A stretch of 64,000 nucleotides of DNA, taken from Candidatus Zixiibacteriota bacterium (GTDB lineage Bacteria; Zixibacteria; MSB-5A5; UBA10806). The translations under genes and the position numbers were made by a program. Below, piece after piece: positions 1 to 10,236 of this stretch (position 1 is its first letter; every line of letters starts with the position of its first letter). The stretch spans positions 156 through 64,155 of the forward strand of contig JAHEDG010000013.1 in NCBI GenBank assembly GCA_024641335.1, written 5' to 3'. Under the pieces are notes generated by a model. That model was not told the DNA's origin. It saw only the letters and a program-made list of their open reading frames with translations, and ran no database searches.

Positions 1-1840
1 GACCTATTGTATCGGCCCCGGCCTCTTCCTTACTCATATCCATCTTCATCCGCTTCATGTCGGCTTCAGGATTGACAGCAGGCGTTTTTCCCGGATAACC
101 GATCTTCTTCTCGATCAGCTTCATTCCGCATTTCGGGCATCGTCCCGGTTTTGCGGAAACTACACTGTCCTCCGGCATCGGGCATTCATAAACCGTGCGG
201 CCGGACGTTTCCTCCGCGGGCACCAACTTCATGCCGCACTCAGGGCATTTGCCCGGACCCATCTGAACGATATGGGCGTGCGAATCCATGGGGCAGGTGT
301 AGACGCCGCTCGCCGGCGCTGCCTTTTCAGAATCCATTTTCATTTCATGTTGATGACTCATTGTATCAGCCTTGGCCGTATCCCGGCCGGTATCCATTTT
401 CATCCCTCCCATTTCCGCTTGCGGATGTTCGGGCTGTTCGGACGGAATGTCGCTGGTGATCTTAACCGATGCCATTTGGGCCTTGATCTTATTGGTCGCT
501 TCCCGCAAACGGGATTCCGAATCGAGCATGAATTGAGAAGATGTCACAACCATATCGCCTTCATTTAGCCCGGAGAGAATTTCGATCATATCGTCCTGCC
601 CCAAAACTCCCAGGGTTATGTCTCTCGGCATGAATTTACCGTCGCCTAAAGATACAAAGGCGACATTTCTCAGTCCCGTACGAATCACCGCCTGGTTGGG
701 GACTGCCAGCCTTTCGCCCGGCAGGGCCGATTCGATTCGGGCCGTGCCGAACATGCCCGGCTTGAGATTCATACCCTTGTTGGAAATTTCGATCCGAATC
801 TCGGCGTCGCGAGCCATGTCGTTTAAATAAGGATAGATAAACGATATGCGCCCTTCGTATGTCTGCCCGGGCAGGTATGACAGGGTTGTTTGCGCTTTCT
901 GCCCGGCCTTTACATAGGGAAGCTCGTATTCGTAGATATGAGCCACAGCCCAGACCGTCGATAAATCGGCTATCTCCATCAGTTTCATTCCGGGCATGAT
1001 GTTGTCGCCTTCGACCACCATCTTCGATATCACGACACCGTCGGCGGGCGTATAAATCGTCAACGTCTTGCGAACCTTTCCGGTACGGGCTAATTCATCG
1101 ATCTGCCGCTGAGATATATCCCAGAGCAAAAGCCTGTCGCGGGCAGCCTCAAGCAAACCACCGGCGCTTTCGCGAGCCGAGGCCAACGACGCGTCCTTAA
1201 GCTGATCATAATTGGCCAGCGCGGAAAGATACTCACGTTGAGCCGCCACCAGATCAGGCGAATAGATCTCCAGAAGAGGATCGCCTTTACTAACTGCCTT
1301 CCCCTCATAATCGGCGTAGAGCTTCTCCACCCATCCCATTACCTTGGAGTTGACACTAACCTGCTTTTCCTCGTTATAGGTGATATGGGCCACGGTGTTG
1401 ATCTCCCGTTTCAATTTCATCTTCCCGACCCTGGTCATCTTTAAGCCCATATTCTGCGAGGTAACCGGATCGATACGGATGATATTCCCGGCAGCCTCGT
1501 CTTCGTACACCGGCACCAGGTCCATACCCATCGGCGATTTGCCCGGCTCGTTGCGGATATAACTCGGATCCATCGGGGCGACCCAATAGGCGATCTTGCG
1601 TTCGCCCGGTTTTTGAACCGATGATTCCCGCCGAATCGGCGTCAATTTCATCTCGCATATAGGACAATAACCCGGTTCGTCGGAAATTATCTGAGGATGC
1701 ATACCGCAGGTGTATTGTTGTTCTATCGACGAATTTGCGGTTTGTTCATGTTTTCCATTATCCGAGAACATCAGCCGTCCCAGGAAAAAGCCGGTTCCCA
1801 GGCAGGCGACCACTATTATCACAAGCCATAATCTTTTCAT
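1..1840 (-). CDS. cusB: CusB-like efflux RND periplasmic adaptor with multiple heavy-metal-binding domains (3' end runs off the window)
   Basis: Not in ORF track; hand translation from ATG at 1840: MKRLWLVIIVVACLGTGFFLG...YTCGMHPQIISDEPGYCPICEMKL...YWVAPMDPSYIRNEPGKSPMGMDLVPVY...GWVEKLYADYEGKAVSKGDPLLEIYSPDLVAAQREYL; same frame open at position 1; lies downstream of a TolC gene. Confidence 0.9.
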   Translation of the reverse strand, partial: MKRLWLVIIVVACLGTGFFLGRLMFSDNGKHEQTANSSIEQQYTCGMHPQIISDEPGYCPICEMKLTPIRRESSVQKPGERKIAYWVAPMDPSYIRNEPGKSPMGMDLVPVYEDEAAGNIIRIDPVTSQNMGLKMTRVGKMKLKREINTVAHITYNEEKQVSVNSKVMGWVEKLYADYEGKAVSKGDPLLEIYSPDLVAAQREYLSALANYDQLKDASLASARESAGGLLEAARDRLLLWDISQRQIDELARTGKVRKTLTIYTPADGVVISKMVVEGDNIMPGMKLMEIADLSTVWAVAHIYEYELPYVKAGQKAQTTLSYLPGQTYEGRISFIYPYLNDMARDAEIRIEISNKGMNLKPGMFGTARIESALPGERLAVPNQAVIRTGLRNVAFVSLGDGKFMPRDITLGVLGQDDMIEILSGLNEGDMVVTSSQFMLDSESRLREATNKIKAQMASVKITSDIPSEQPEHPQAEMGGMKMDTGRDTAKADTMSHQHEMKMDSEKAAPASGVYTCPMDSHAHIVQMGPGKCPECGMKLVPAEETSGRTVYECPMPEDSVVSAKPGRCPKCGMKLIEKKIGYPGKTPAVNPEADMKRMKMDMSKEEAGADTIG

Positions 1841-1858
1841 TTTTTTCCTCTCGATCCG

Positions 1859-3148
1859 TTATTTTTCAAGCGACGGCGCGGCCTCGGCTGTCAAAGCAGC
1901 TATTTGGGCCAGCGATTTTAATCCGTCAGCCAACGATTTTCTTAACTCCAGTTCGGCGTCAAACAACCCCATCTGGGCGTTGATGACATTCATGAATTCC
2001 AGCTTTCCCACCTCGTAGGCGACCCTGGCTGATTCTAATTCGGCCCGAGACTGGGGAATTAGCGATTCCTTATATAAGGTGTAACGCGAACGATCGCGAT
2101 CGTACTCAAGCAGGTGCTTATCCAATTCAAACCGGAGTTGATCGTTCATATCCAGTTTCATGTATTCCGCTTGACGCAGATCGGCCCGGGCCGACGAGAC
2201 CATGTTTTTCTGTTTCCATCCGGCCCAGAGTGGAATATTAATTCCCGCCGAAACACCCAGCATATTTTCCCCGGACATGGGAATCATCTCGCTGGCCTGT
2301 CCGAATCCGTAAGAGACGCCGAAGGTGAAATCGGGCAAATAATCCAATTTGGCGTTTCTTAACATGTTTCGGCGCATATCGATCTCAAACGCCGATTTCC
2401 TCAAACGGGGATTTTCCCGTTCAAGGTTCGATAACAGAACTGATTTATCCAATAACGGGAGATTCGCCATTTCAGGCAGGCTTGCCTTTACCGGCTCCAT
2501 TGACGGGTCGCTGATAAGCTGTGCCAGCATCACTTGAGACATGCCGATCATCTTGACCACCATCAGCTTCTCATCCTCAAGCCTGGTCCTCATTGCCTGC
2601 GCCTGAAGAACGTTGGCCTGAATTCCCTGGCCGACCCTGTATTTTTCCCTGGCTACGGCCTCGAGCTCGTCAAAAAAGCTGATATTGTTTTCGACAGTCT
2701 CCAGGGCATCGTCCCAGTAAGCCAATTCATAATAGGCCGATCTAACCATGGCGGCCATATTCTGACGTGTATTCTCAAGCGATTCCCGATGTCCCCCGGC
2801 CATATCCTTAGCGGCGTTTTTCATGGCTCCGAGTTTGCCGGGAAACGGTATCATCTGGGTAAGCCCGATCATGACATTAGGCGTGGCCATAGGCTCGCCG
2901 ACCCAGGAACCGTTGGTCGGCCCGGTTAAACTTATCATAGCCATGGGATCGGGTAGCGAACCGGCGGGTGATACCATATACTCCGCCGACCTGGCCATCT
3001 GCGCCGCAGCCTGTATATCGGGGTTATCCCGTAATACGGTCATGACCAGAGAATCCAGAACCGGATCCGATGGAAGGGTTTGACCCCATGAAGATAGGGG
3101 TGAAAACAATATGGCTGCGGCTAAAATTAGCCTGATTTTAGAAAACAC
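1859..3148 (-). CDS. TolC/CusC-family outer membrane efflux protein
   Basis: Signal peptide, NPDI/NPRL motifs, 'GLTQMIPFPGKL', 'GINIPLW', 'AYEVGKLEF'; start moved to GTG at 3148 behind AAGGA RBS (track start 3202). Confidence 0.88.
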   Translation of the reverse strand: MFSKIRLILAAAILFSPLSSWGQTLPSDPVLDSLVMTVLRDNPDIQAAAQMARSAEYMVSPAGSLPDPMAMISLTGPTNGSWVGEPMATPNVMIGLTQMIPFPGKLGAMKNAAKDMAGGHRESLENTRQNMAAMVRSAYYELAYWDDALETVENNISFFDELEAVAREKYRVGQGIQANVLQAQAMRTRLEDEKLMVVKMIGMSQVMLAQLISDPSMEPVKASLPEMANLPLLDKSVLLSNLERENPRLRKSAFEIDMRRNMLRNAKLDYLPDFTFGVSYGFGQASEMIPMSGENMLGVSAGINIPLWAGWKQKNMVSSARADLRQAEYMKLDMNDQLRFELDKHLLEYDRDRSRYTLYKESLIPQSRAELESARVAYEVGKLEFMNVINAQMGLFDAELELRKSLADGLKSLAQIAALTAEAAPSLEK

Positions 3149-3223
3149 TCTGTCGTCCTTTCGCAATAAGTTAAATCGACACGGCTTACGCCGGCCAAAC
3201 ATGCTATAACTTATCCTAAAGGA

Positions 3224-3595
3224 TCAACAAAGTAAAGGAGAGCTGGATTGCTTTTCTATGGAGGGTGGTGATAATGATCCAAGTTTGAATATTCGTCCAT
3301 CGAGAATCAAATCTTCCTGGATCATAAGATGTTCGGGATAAATATAATTAACGTCGGGACGAATATTATCCTCTTGTAAAACCGTCAGATTTACCGCCGT
3401 TTGAAACGGGACGGGCTTATCCTGCGCAATCCCGCAACCGCAACAGGGACTTCCCCCCATAGTGAGATCGACCGTTTTCTCCGGATGGCAGCAGCAGGCA
3501 GACACGACGCACCCCTGGCTGAAAGCCACAGGCGCGGCCAAAAGCATCAGGCCCAAAACGGCGCTTAGGATCGATTTCGTTAAATTAACCATCAT
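3224..3595 (-). CDS. small exported Cys-rich hypothetical protein leading the cus-like operon
   Basis: Signal peptide, CCC/CCGC clusters, C-terminal SPP...LLC; a type often seen upstream of heavy-metal RND operons. Confidence 0.6.
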   Translation of the reverse strand: MMVNLTKSILSAVLGLMLLAAPVAFSQGCVVSACCCHPEKTVDLTMGGSPCCGCGIAQDKPVPFQTAVNLTVLQEDNIRPDVNYIYPEHLMIQEDLILDGRIFKLGSLSPPSIEKQSSSPLLC

Positions 3596-3832
3596 GTCTA
3601 TTATCTTAAACTCCCGATACTAATTACGGTTCCCGAAACAATCTATATTAATATTATCGGAAAGCAAGGGTTAATTAATTATTCACAAATCGAAATAATA
3701 CGAGGAAATGACTATTCGCTTTCATAACTTTCTATCTATTAGTCTGTTACTAAGGCAATGCTGAGGCCATAATCAGGAGTTTCTAATCCGATCGCAGCCG
3801 AAAACCCAAAATGGATAATATCGGCTGCCCGC

Positions 3833-5317
3833 TTATTTTCTCGAAATATATTCCTCTGTAGCTTCCCGCATATGTCCCGAACGGTAATCGAAAAGAAAAA
3901 ACGGTATTCCCTCATTATATAGAGAATCGGCTTTGAATTTGATATCCAAAGGCCCCTTAATAGGATCATTGGAGACAATCAATGGCCTTCGGAATCCGAG
4001 CCTGTACATCATCGCCGGCCCGGCAATGGCCCGTCCGGGCATATGATCCAGCAGAGTATATCGACGGCTGTTCAGATCGAGGCCGGACGCCCCGATATCG
4101 TCCACGATACCGCGAACCAGATTCTGGGTGGATTTATATTCGAGCGACGTTATATCGATAGCCGCGACGCTTATCCCCATATATCCGACGAAAAGCGAAT
4201 ATGCGACGATCCTCAACCATGGCCGGGATTTCGATTTTCGGATCATCTCCGAAAACATATACCCGATCAGAACCGCCAGCCCCAGCGATGGCAGATAGAT
4301 ATTCCTGGAGCTGACCTTGTAATTCAACGGGATTATGGGCAAAAGGGTGATGAAGATAATTAGAATAAAGAACTTCACCTGTTTCGACGACCTGATAAAT
4401 GCCCATATCACGATAGGTACAAAACTGAATATGACCAGATAGCTGAACCACCGCCAGAAGTAATAAAACACTCCGACGGAATTCGCGATCTTCTGGAAAT
4501 AGGGATGAGCGGGGGACGGTATGATAAACCAGCCCAGGTACTCGAAAAGAACCCTGATCATATGAAAACCGGGATAATAATAAGTTTCCACCACTCCCGG
4601 TCTGGAAATCAGAACGGTTCGCAAAGTGAAATAAACAATCAGCCCGATAGTCCCGACCAACGCCACAGGCTTTATCCTCCTGATAATCTCTCCCCGGCCG
4701 GCGAAAAGCGCGGTAAAAGCGGCAAAAACCAAAGGAGCAATCACAAAATCCTCAACTATAAACAAACCGAGAAATCCGATTGCCGCGAATTTCCCGAACG
4801 ACGTCCGGTCACCCGATTTCAGATAATCGTAAAGATACCACAACCCTGAAATATAGGCCAAGGCAGCCAGCTCCCGGATGATTCCGTAGAGCCAGATAAC
4901 CGCTTCATAATGCTGAAAATAAGCCGCGAAGAAAATCCCCGAAAAAAGCGCCGCCGGCTTTGGTATTTCTGTCTTTATCAGCAGTTTATAAAAAAACACG
5001 CTGACCAGCGAATGCAGCAGTATATTCAACGAGTAGTAACCGACAGGGTTATCGCCGAATACCAGATACCTCAGATAAATGACAATATTGATCAGCGGAC
5101 GAAACCGTCCGGGATTTTCCATGGACAGAAAATCGGACAGAGAGAAACCGTCGCGCATAAGGTTCAGGACGATCCAGTCATCGGTATGAAAATCGTTATA
5201 AAGACAAATCAGATAGGCTATTACGGCCAGAATCCCTATAACCCATTCTTCTCTGCCCGTTTTTAATATCTTATTCTTGAAATCGTTCTCCTTCCATGAT
5301 AATAACAGTCGGTGCAA
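3833..5317 (-). CDS. GT-C type (ArnT/PMT-like) integral membrane glycosyltransferase
   Basis: N-terminal 'FHTDDW', 'RFRPL', 'GYYSLNILLH', 'EAVIW', 'RNIYLPS', many TM helices; exact start uncertain. Confidence 0.72.
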   Translation of the reverse strand: MHRLLLSWKENDFKNKILKTGREEWVIGILAVIAYLICLYNDFHTDDWIVLNLMRDGFSLSDFLSMENPGRFRPLINIVIYLRYLVFGDNPVGYYSLNILLHSLVSVFFYKLLIKTEIPKPAALFSGIFFAAYFQHYEAVIWLYGIIRELAALAYISGLWYLYDYLKSGDRTSFGKFAAIGFLGLFIVEDFVIAPLVFAAFTALFAGRGEIIRRIKPVALVGTIGLIVYFTLRTVLISRPGVVETYYYPGFHMIRVLFEYLGWFIIPSPAHPYFQKIANSVGVFYYFWRWFSYLVIFSFVPIVIWAFIRSSKQVKFFILIIFITLLPIIPLNYKVSSRNIYLPSLGLAVLIGYMFSEMIRKSKSRPWLRIVAYSLFVGYMGISVAAIDITSLEYKSTQNLVRGIVDDIGASGLDLNSRRYTLLDHMPGRAIAGPAMMYRLGFRRPLIVSNDPIKGPLDIKFKADSLYNEGIPFFLFDYRSGHMREATEEYISRK

Positions 5318-5343
5318 ATTTAGCTTATTTTAAAGGAGATACA

Positions 5344-5727
5344 ATGAAAAAAATTATCCACAGCGAAAAAGCCCCCAAACAAATCGGTCCGTACAGCCAG
5401 GCGGTTGTCGATCCCGCAACCGGATTGCTCTTTACCGCCGGACAGATCGCCCTCGACTGGTCCACCGGCCAGATGCTTGAAAAGGATATAATCAAACAAA
5501 CCCATCAGGTTTTCGCTAATCTCAACGAGGTGCTCCGAGCTGCCGGCAGCTCATTTGACAATGTCCTTAAGGTCACCCTATACCTTAAAGATATGAATGA
5601 CTTCGTTAAGGTAAACGAGATCTATTCCGAATACTTCAGCAAAGACTACCCGGCTCGCTCAGCTGTGGAGGTTGCCGGATTGCCCCGAGATGCCCTGATC
5701 GAGATCGATCTGATCGCCAGGATCTGA
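5344..5727 (+). CDS. ridA: RidA/YjgF family reactive intermediate deaminase
   Basis: 'APKQIGPYSQAV', 'AGQIAL', 'PARSAVEVAGLP...IEIDLIA'; AAGGAG RBS before ATG 5344. Confidence 0.93.
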   Translation: MKKIIHSEKAPKQIGPYSQAVVDPATGLLFTAGQIALDWSTGQMLEKDIIKQTHQVFANLNEVLRAAGSSFDNVLKVTLYLKDMNDFVKVNEIYSEYFSKDYPARSAVEVAGLPRDALIEIDLIARI

Positions 5728-5790
5728 GCTTCTCGGAAATGACTATCCGGAAAAAGGGTTGACATCTGCCCCGCCAGGTGATAACAAATC

Positions 5791-6741
5791 GTGTGCTTCG
5801 AAAAAGGAATTCGAAACGGTAAGAAAGAAATGAAAATGGACCAGGGGCGGTCTCATAAAAGAAAGAATCGATCTGCGGCTATAACTTTGTGCTTAACGGT
5901 AGCTTATCTGGTCTTCTCATGGTCAAATACGGCTCTATCATCGCCTGGAGAATGCGCCTTGGATTTTCTGAATATTCCGGTGGGGGCCTATTCGGCGGCT
6001 ACGGGGCAGGGCAATCTGGCCGGAATCGAGGGTCCGGAGGCTATATTCGGTAATCCGGCGATGATAGGAAGAACGGCCGGAGGATTCGCCTCCTATCAGG
6101 AACTTCTTACGGATACCCGATCGGAGGCTTTCGCGGTCGGCCTGAAGTTGCCGGGATATTATTCGGCGGCATTTGGGTTCCATATCTTTCAACCGGGGGA
6201 GATCAACGGTTATAGTTCGGAAAATATCAAAACGGACAATATAAAGGCCGGGGATTACCTGGCCAGGCTGGGGATATCCTCCAACGGAATCCTGTCTTAT
6301 GGACTGTCGTTCTCTTTCTATGGCCAGCGGCTCCATGATCAGACAGCATACGGTTACGGATTAGGATTCGGCTTATCTTATGAAACCGGTTTTGGACGGT
6401 TAGCTTTAAGCGCTGAGAATATCGGTCCGGATTTCAGGATCGGGGAATCGTCATCGCCTCTTCCTCAACGATACTCCATATCCGGGTGGATTCCGATTCG
6501 AAACAGGTTCTTAAATTTGAATACCGATTTTTATTTCAGCCGTGAATCAGGTTTCGGAATAGCGGGGGGGTTGGAGTACTCCCCGACACCGGGATTCTAT
6601 CTGCGGGCCGGCGGGAATCTGGAGGTCCCGATCGCCCTCGGATTGGGTATCAACGCCAACAGGATAGGTTTCGATTATTCCTATATGCCGTCGGAACTCT
6701 TCGGTGACCGGCATTTGTTCAGCCTGTCTTACCCCCGTTAA
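5791..6741 (+). CDS. PorV/PorQ-family outer membrane beta-barrel protein
   Basis: 'FLNIPVGAYSAATG', 'AIFGNPAM', 'ENIG', 'LRAG', 'FDYSY...FGDRHLFSLSY' are FadL/PorV-like; true start may be 5830 or 5836. Confidence 0.78.
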   Translation: MCFEKGIRNGKKEMKMDQGRSHKRKNRSAAITLCLTVAYLVFSWSNTALSSPGECALDFLNIPVGAYSAATGQGNLAGIEGPEAIFGNPAMIGRTAGGFASYQELLTDTRSEAFAVGLKLPGYYSAAFGFHIFQPGEINGYSSENIKTDNIKAGDYLARLGISSNGILSYGLSFSFYGQRLHDQTAYGYGLGFGLSYETGFGRLALSAENIGPDFRIGESSSPLPQRYSISGWIPIRNRFLNLNTDFYFSRESGFGIAGGLEYSPTPGFYLRAGGNLEVPIALGLGINANRIGFDYSYMPSELFGDRHLFSLSYPR

Positions 6742-6888
6742 TCCTTTAATGCTTGAAATAAAATGATATAATGTCTCTGTCTGTATTCCGAAAGAAGAAC
6801 TGACCTGACGAAAAGCGATCTTGTATTGACAAACATTATTCCTATTCTCTATTTTGGCAGGGGTGAAATAAAACAGTCGGGAGGTTCA

Positions 6889-7437
6889 ATGAGGAAATTC
6901 ATCGCCTTAATAATTTTTACGTTATCGGCCGGACAGGCCCTGGCTCTAACCGATATATCGATCGGCGCGTTCGGGGGATTGAATATCCCTGTCGCCCAGG
7001 AGGACGCCAAAACAGGCAACGCTTTCGGGCTCAAGGCCAAATTCTCGCCGTCCCCCATGATAGGGGGTTCGATATTCTACGAAAATAGGGCTTTCGGCGA
7101 TCCTGAAATCACAGTCGGCGGATTGACTATGAGTATCGACGGCGGCAAGGTTACATCGTTCGGCGCGGAACTCCTTATCGGCAATGTCGGCGGAGCGGCC
7201 GGACCGCATTTCTATTGGGCCCTGGGCATTTCGAATTACCAATGGAAGCGTGATGGATTTGAAGATCACACAAAGGTCGGCTATCATCTGGGGCCGGGAT
7301 TCGAGCTGGTTTTACCGGCCGCCAATATCGGCATCGAGGGACGGGGTAAATTCGAGATTGTCCCTACCGGAAGCGGCGGATCGAGAAAGAACGCCCTGGT
7401 ATTTGTCGGCGTAAACTATCACTTCGGGTTATTATAG
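6889..7437 (+). CDS. small outer membrane beta-barrel protein
   Basis: GGAGG RBS, signal peptide, amphipathic strands, C-terminal 'GVNYHF'. Confidence 0.75.
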   Translation: MRKFIALIIFTLSAGQALALTDISIGAFGGLNIPVAQEDAKTGNAFGLKAKFSPSPMIGGSIFYENRAFGDPEITVGGLTMSIDGGKVTSFGAELLIGNVGGAAGPHFYWALGISNYQWKRDGFEDHTKVGYHLGPGFELVLPAANIGIEGRGKFEIVPTGSGGSRKNALVFVGVNYHFGLL

Positions 7438-7447
7438 GAGGGTTGAG

Positions 7448-7966
7448 ATGAAGAAATACATGATCTACGGTATGGCCCTTCTGGTTTTGATTTTTATAGC
7501 CGGATGCGTGGCCAGCGGAACGCTGATATTGGTGTACGATATCGACTCGTTTATCTCGTCGTCTACTTCTATCCAGGTAACCGAGGTCGATCTGACCGAC
7601 AACAGCGACTACAACGACCACAAAGATAAGATAAAATCGATAGACCAGGTAGCTGTGGTTGGTACATTGGAAAACCTGGAGTTTGCCGACAACCAGGCCG
7701 AGGTCTGGCTTTCCGATGTCGGTACTTATTCGAGCCCGGCCGAGGTCAGGGCTAATGCCACAATCGTTTTCTCATCGCCGGTGATCCTTGCGGGCGATAC
7801 GCTGTTCATCGATTGGTCCGATGCTTTGAGCTACATTCAAAATCTCCAGACATTAAAAGACGCTGCCGACAATGGACATTTCTACTTGTACGGTCTGGCG
7901 GAAAATTCACCGTTCAGCGTCAGGTTCCAGATCAGTCTGGTGATCACTATGACCGCGGGACTATAG
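7448..7966 (+). CDS. hypothetical lipoprotein
   Basis: Lipobox IAGC, AGGAGG RBS, co-oriented with the barrel gene. Confidence 0.7.
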   Translation: MKKYMIYGMALLVLIFIAGCVASGTLILVYDIDSFISSSTSIQVTEVDLTDNSDYNDHKDKIKSIDQVAVVGTLENLEFADNQAEVWLSDVGTYSSPAEVRANATIVFSSPVILAGDTLFIDWSDALSYIQNLQTLKDAADNGHFYLYGLAENSPFSVRFQISLVITMTAGL

Positions 7967-8001
7967 CCGCTGTTCTCATAAGATTCAGGGCACAAAAGCA
8001 T

Positions 8002-8039
8002 AAAGGCCGGATATTCGCTTTGAATACCCGGCCTTTTTT
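8002..8039. terminator. intrinsic terminator (probably bidirectional)
   Basis: AAAGGCCGG...CCGGCCTTTTTT between convergent genes. Confidence 0.75.
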
Positions 8040-8056
8040 GTCGTTTATATTACGAT

Positions 8057-9913
8057 CTATCGCCCTCTGAAACTTCTCGACGGTCTGTTTATCGCGGGCA
8101 TATCAGAGAAGATGGAACGGGGAGGCGAGGTATCGATTTTCATTTTTTCTTCTACCGGTTTCGACGGCGCAGTCGCCGGTATATATTTTCGTCCGGCATC
8201 GGGCGAGATCCCGAATGATTCTTCGGCCGCTTTAATAATATCTTTGTTCAATCCTTCCGCGGCTACTTCAGCGGTGAATTTCCTTCGACCCTCGACTAAA
8301 TCCTTTAGATAAAAATCGATCTGTTCGCGAGTATAATATTTGTTGATATCATACCTGGAGAGATCTCCTCCCCGACATTCCACGATCTCTTCGGTTCCGA
8401 ATATCCCCTGGCGATATTTATTCGTGCCGCGCAGATCGCCCCGCTGGATATCGGCCATGAGCTCGATCGGAACCCGCTCGACCTTTCGGATCATCTTCTT
8501 CCGTTTGACTCCCCCCTCTTCGGTCGTCTCGAGTATCTCTCCCATACCGCCGGTGTTGTACTGGTAGAAATGAAGTTTGCCGGGGAATCGTGATTCCAGA
8601 CCTTGCATTATCTCGTAGAAACGGTTCACCTTGAAAGCCCGTGAGCCTATGATAAACGGATCGGTTCCCACGGTACGCACGGATTCTCCCGCCTTAACCG
8701 GCTCCGACGCGAAACTATGCGATGATTCTCCCCAGAGGTAAGCCAACGCGGCCTGCTTCAGAGTCAATTTCTGGGAGAACGGCAAAATAGTATTTCGCCG
8801 GGTAATAAAGGCGAATACCAAACCGTCCAGCCGCTCCAAAGGAGGCAGATTTATGCTGGGAGCCTGGATACCGACCATTTTTCGGCCGAGTTTGATTCTC
8901 AACTTATCTTTCCTGATAACCGACCGGCCGTTGGCGTTGAGACGCTCGTCGAGAAAATCGGGATTGCCGTCAGAATCTATCATGACATTCTCATACATGG
9001 CGGTTTTATCTATCAGGGCGTAATACATAGCTTCCTGCAGCTTTACGTCGACGTCCGTCTTAACGAAGAAACCGTTCTCTGAGCCGTAAGCGGAGCCGTC
9101 GGGACGAAGAAAAACTATATCGTCCTGCGAGACTTCGGTTCTCTCCCGATCCTTATGGTTAAGTCCCAGTTGGTGACAAGACCAGGTCGATTTGCCTGTG
9201 GCCGACAGCCCGAAAAGCAGGACTCCGAAGGTCTGAAGCTTGCCGGAGAAACTGTCTCTGACATAAACGACCTTGGTGCCGGCATGAAGACCGAGCATCC
9301 CTTTACCGTCAGCCGCCCACATGGCCTGACGGAGAAATCCTTTTTTATCCTCACCCATATAGTCGGTGCCCAGAGCGATATTGATATTGTGCTCCGGAAT
9401 GGAGAGCACCTGCTGTCGAATCGGATGCTCCTCGGGGATATGGATCATGGTGAATTCTGGTCCGGGCCGGTTTGACAGCTTGCCCAGGGTATTGGCCCAC
9501 ATATAGGCGGTACGGTAATTCTTGGGATCGGCCACGGACATATAGAGATTGCATATCGGGTTGAAATCAGGATTGTCGCCCATTTGGCGGCGAACATGTA
9601 CGAACGGCAGAGTTTTCATCATCTGCAGAACCTTATGCAGCTCGTCAGGGGCGTTCTCGATAATCCCCTTTTGCGGCTCAGAAAGTTTCGGCAGCCTTAC
9701 CTCGGGTGAACCGAGATAAACTGTTTTCGGGCCGATTCTGCTGGATACGGCAGAACGCCAACCCCATGAGCCGAATTTTGTTCTTATTCCGGTGGTGACA
9801 GCCAGGGAACGTAGTTTCCTCAATGAATATGATTTAATGTTTGGACCGCTTAAAAGAGGCTTAAGGTTTTCAGCGAATTCCCTATAGGCTCTTTCGTTGT
9901 ATATCTCAGACAT
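8057..9913 (-). CDS. pckA: phosphoenolpyruvate carboxykinase (ATP), divergent
   Basis: 'TDYMGEDKKG', 'LHAG', P-loop 'FGLSATGKST', 'QDD', 'ENGFFVKT', 'NANGRS', 'NTGG'. Confidence 0.8.
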   Translation of the reverse strand: MSEIYNERAYREFAENLKPLLSGPNIKSYSLRKLRSLAVTTGIRTKFGSWGWRSAVSSRIGPKTVYLGSPEVRLPKLSEPQKGIIENAPDELHKVLQMMKTLPFVHVRRQMGDNPDFNPICNLYMSVADPKNYRTAYMWANTLGKLSNRPGPEFTMIHIPEEHPIRQQVLSIPEHNINIALGTDYMGEDKKGFLRQAMWAADGKGMLGLHAGTKVVYVRDSFSGKLQTFGVLLFGLSATGKSTWSCHQLGLNHKDRERTEVSQDDIVFLRPDGSAYGSENGFFVKTDVDVKLQEAMYYALIDKTAMYENVMIDSDGNPDFLDERLNANGRSVIRKDKLRIKLGRKMVGIQAPSINLPPLERLDGLVFAFITRRNTILPFSQKLTLKQAALAYLWGESSHSFASEPVKAGESVRTVGTDPFIIGSRAFKVNRFYEIMQGLESRFPGKLHFYQYNTGGMGEILETTEEGGVKRKKMIRKVERVPIELMADIQRGDLRGTNKYRQGIFGTEEIVECRGGDLSRYDINKYYTREQIDFYLKDLVEGRRKFTAEVAAEGLNKDIIKAAEESFGISPDAGRKYIPATAPSKPVEEKMKIDTSPPRSIFSDMPAINRPSRSFRGR

Positions 9914-10236
9914 CCTTCACCTCATCCTCAAAAGACGCAGGCGGATACGAAAATGCCGCCGTTTTTGTTTGTGAAAAGCTACACAAAGTCGGGCCGGAAA
10001 GCAAGTGGAAACAGTTATACCGATCATTGCCGGAAATCATCTGGACCGCTATGCGATTTGGCACTCGATACCGGTTTGCTTTCGGATTTATAATACAAAT
10101 CGGCCTCTATTCTGTCCGTCTCTTCAGCGTAATTCTCGCGCCTGCGATGAGCTTGACGATTAGTATGGATTCGACCTATATTACTGCGGCTGAAAATAGT
10201 ACTCAGATCAACAGGAGCTTTTTGGAGACAACTGCA

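Noticed and set aside
151-1667. Short track ORFs at the window start
   Set aside because: All overlap the real cusB frame, which the track missed because it runs off the edge
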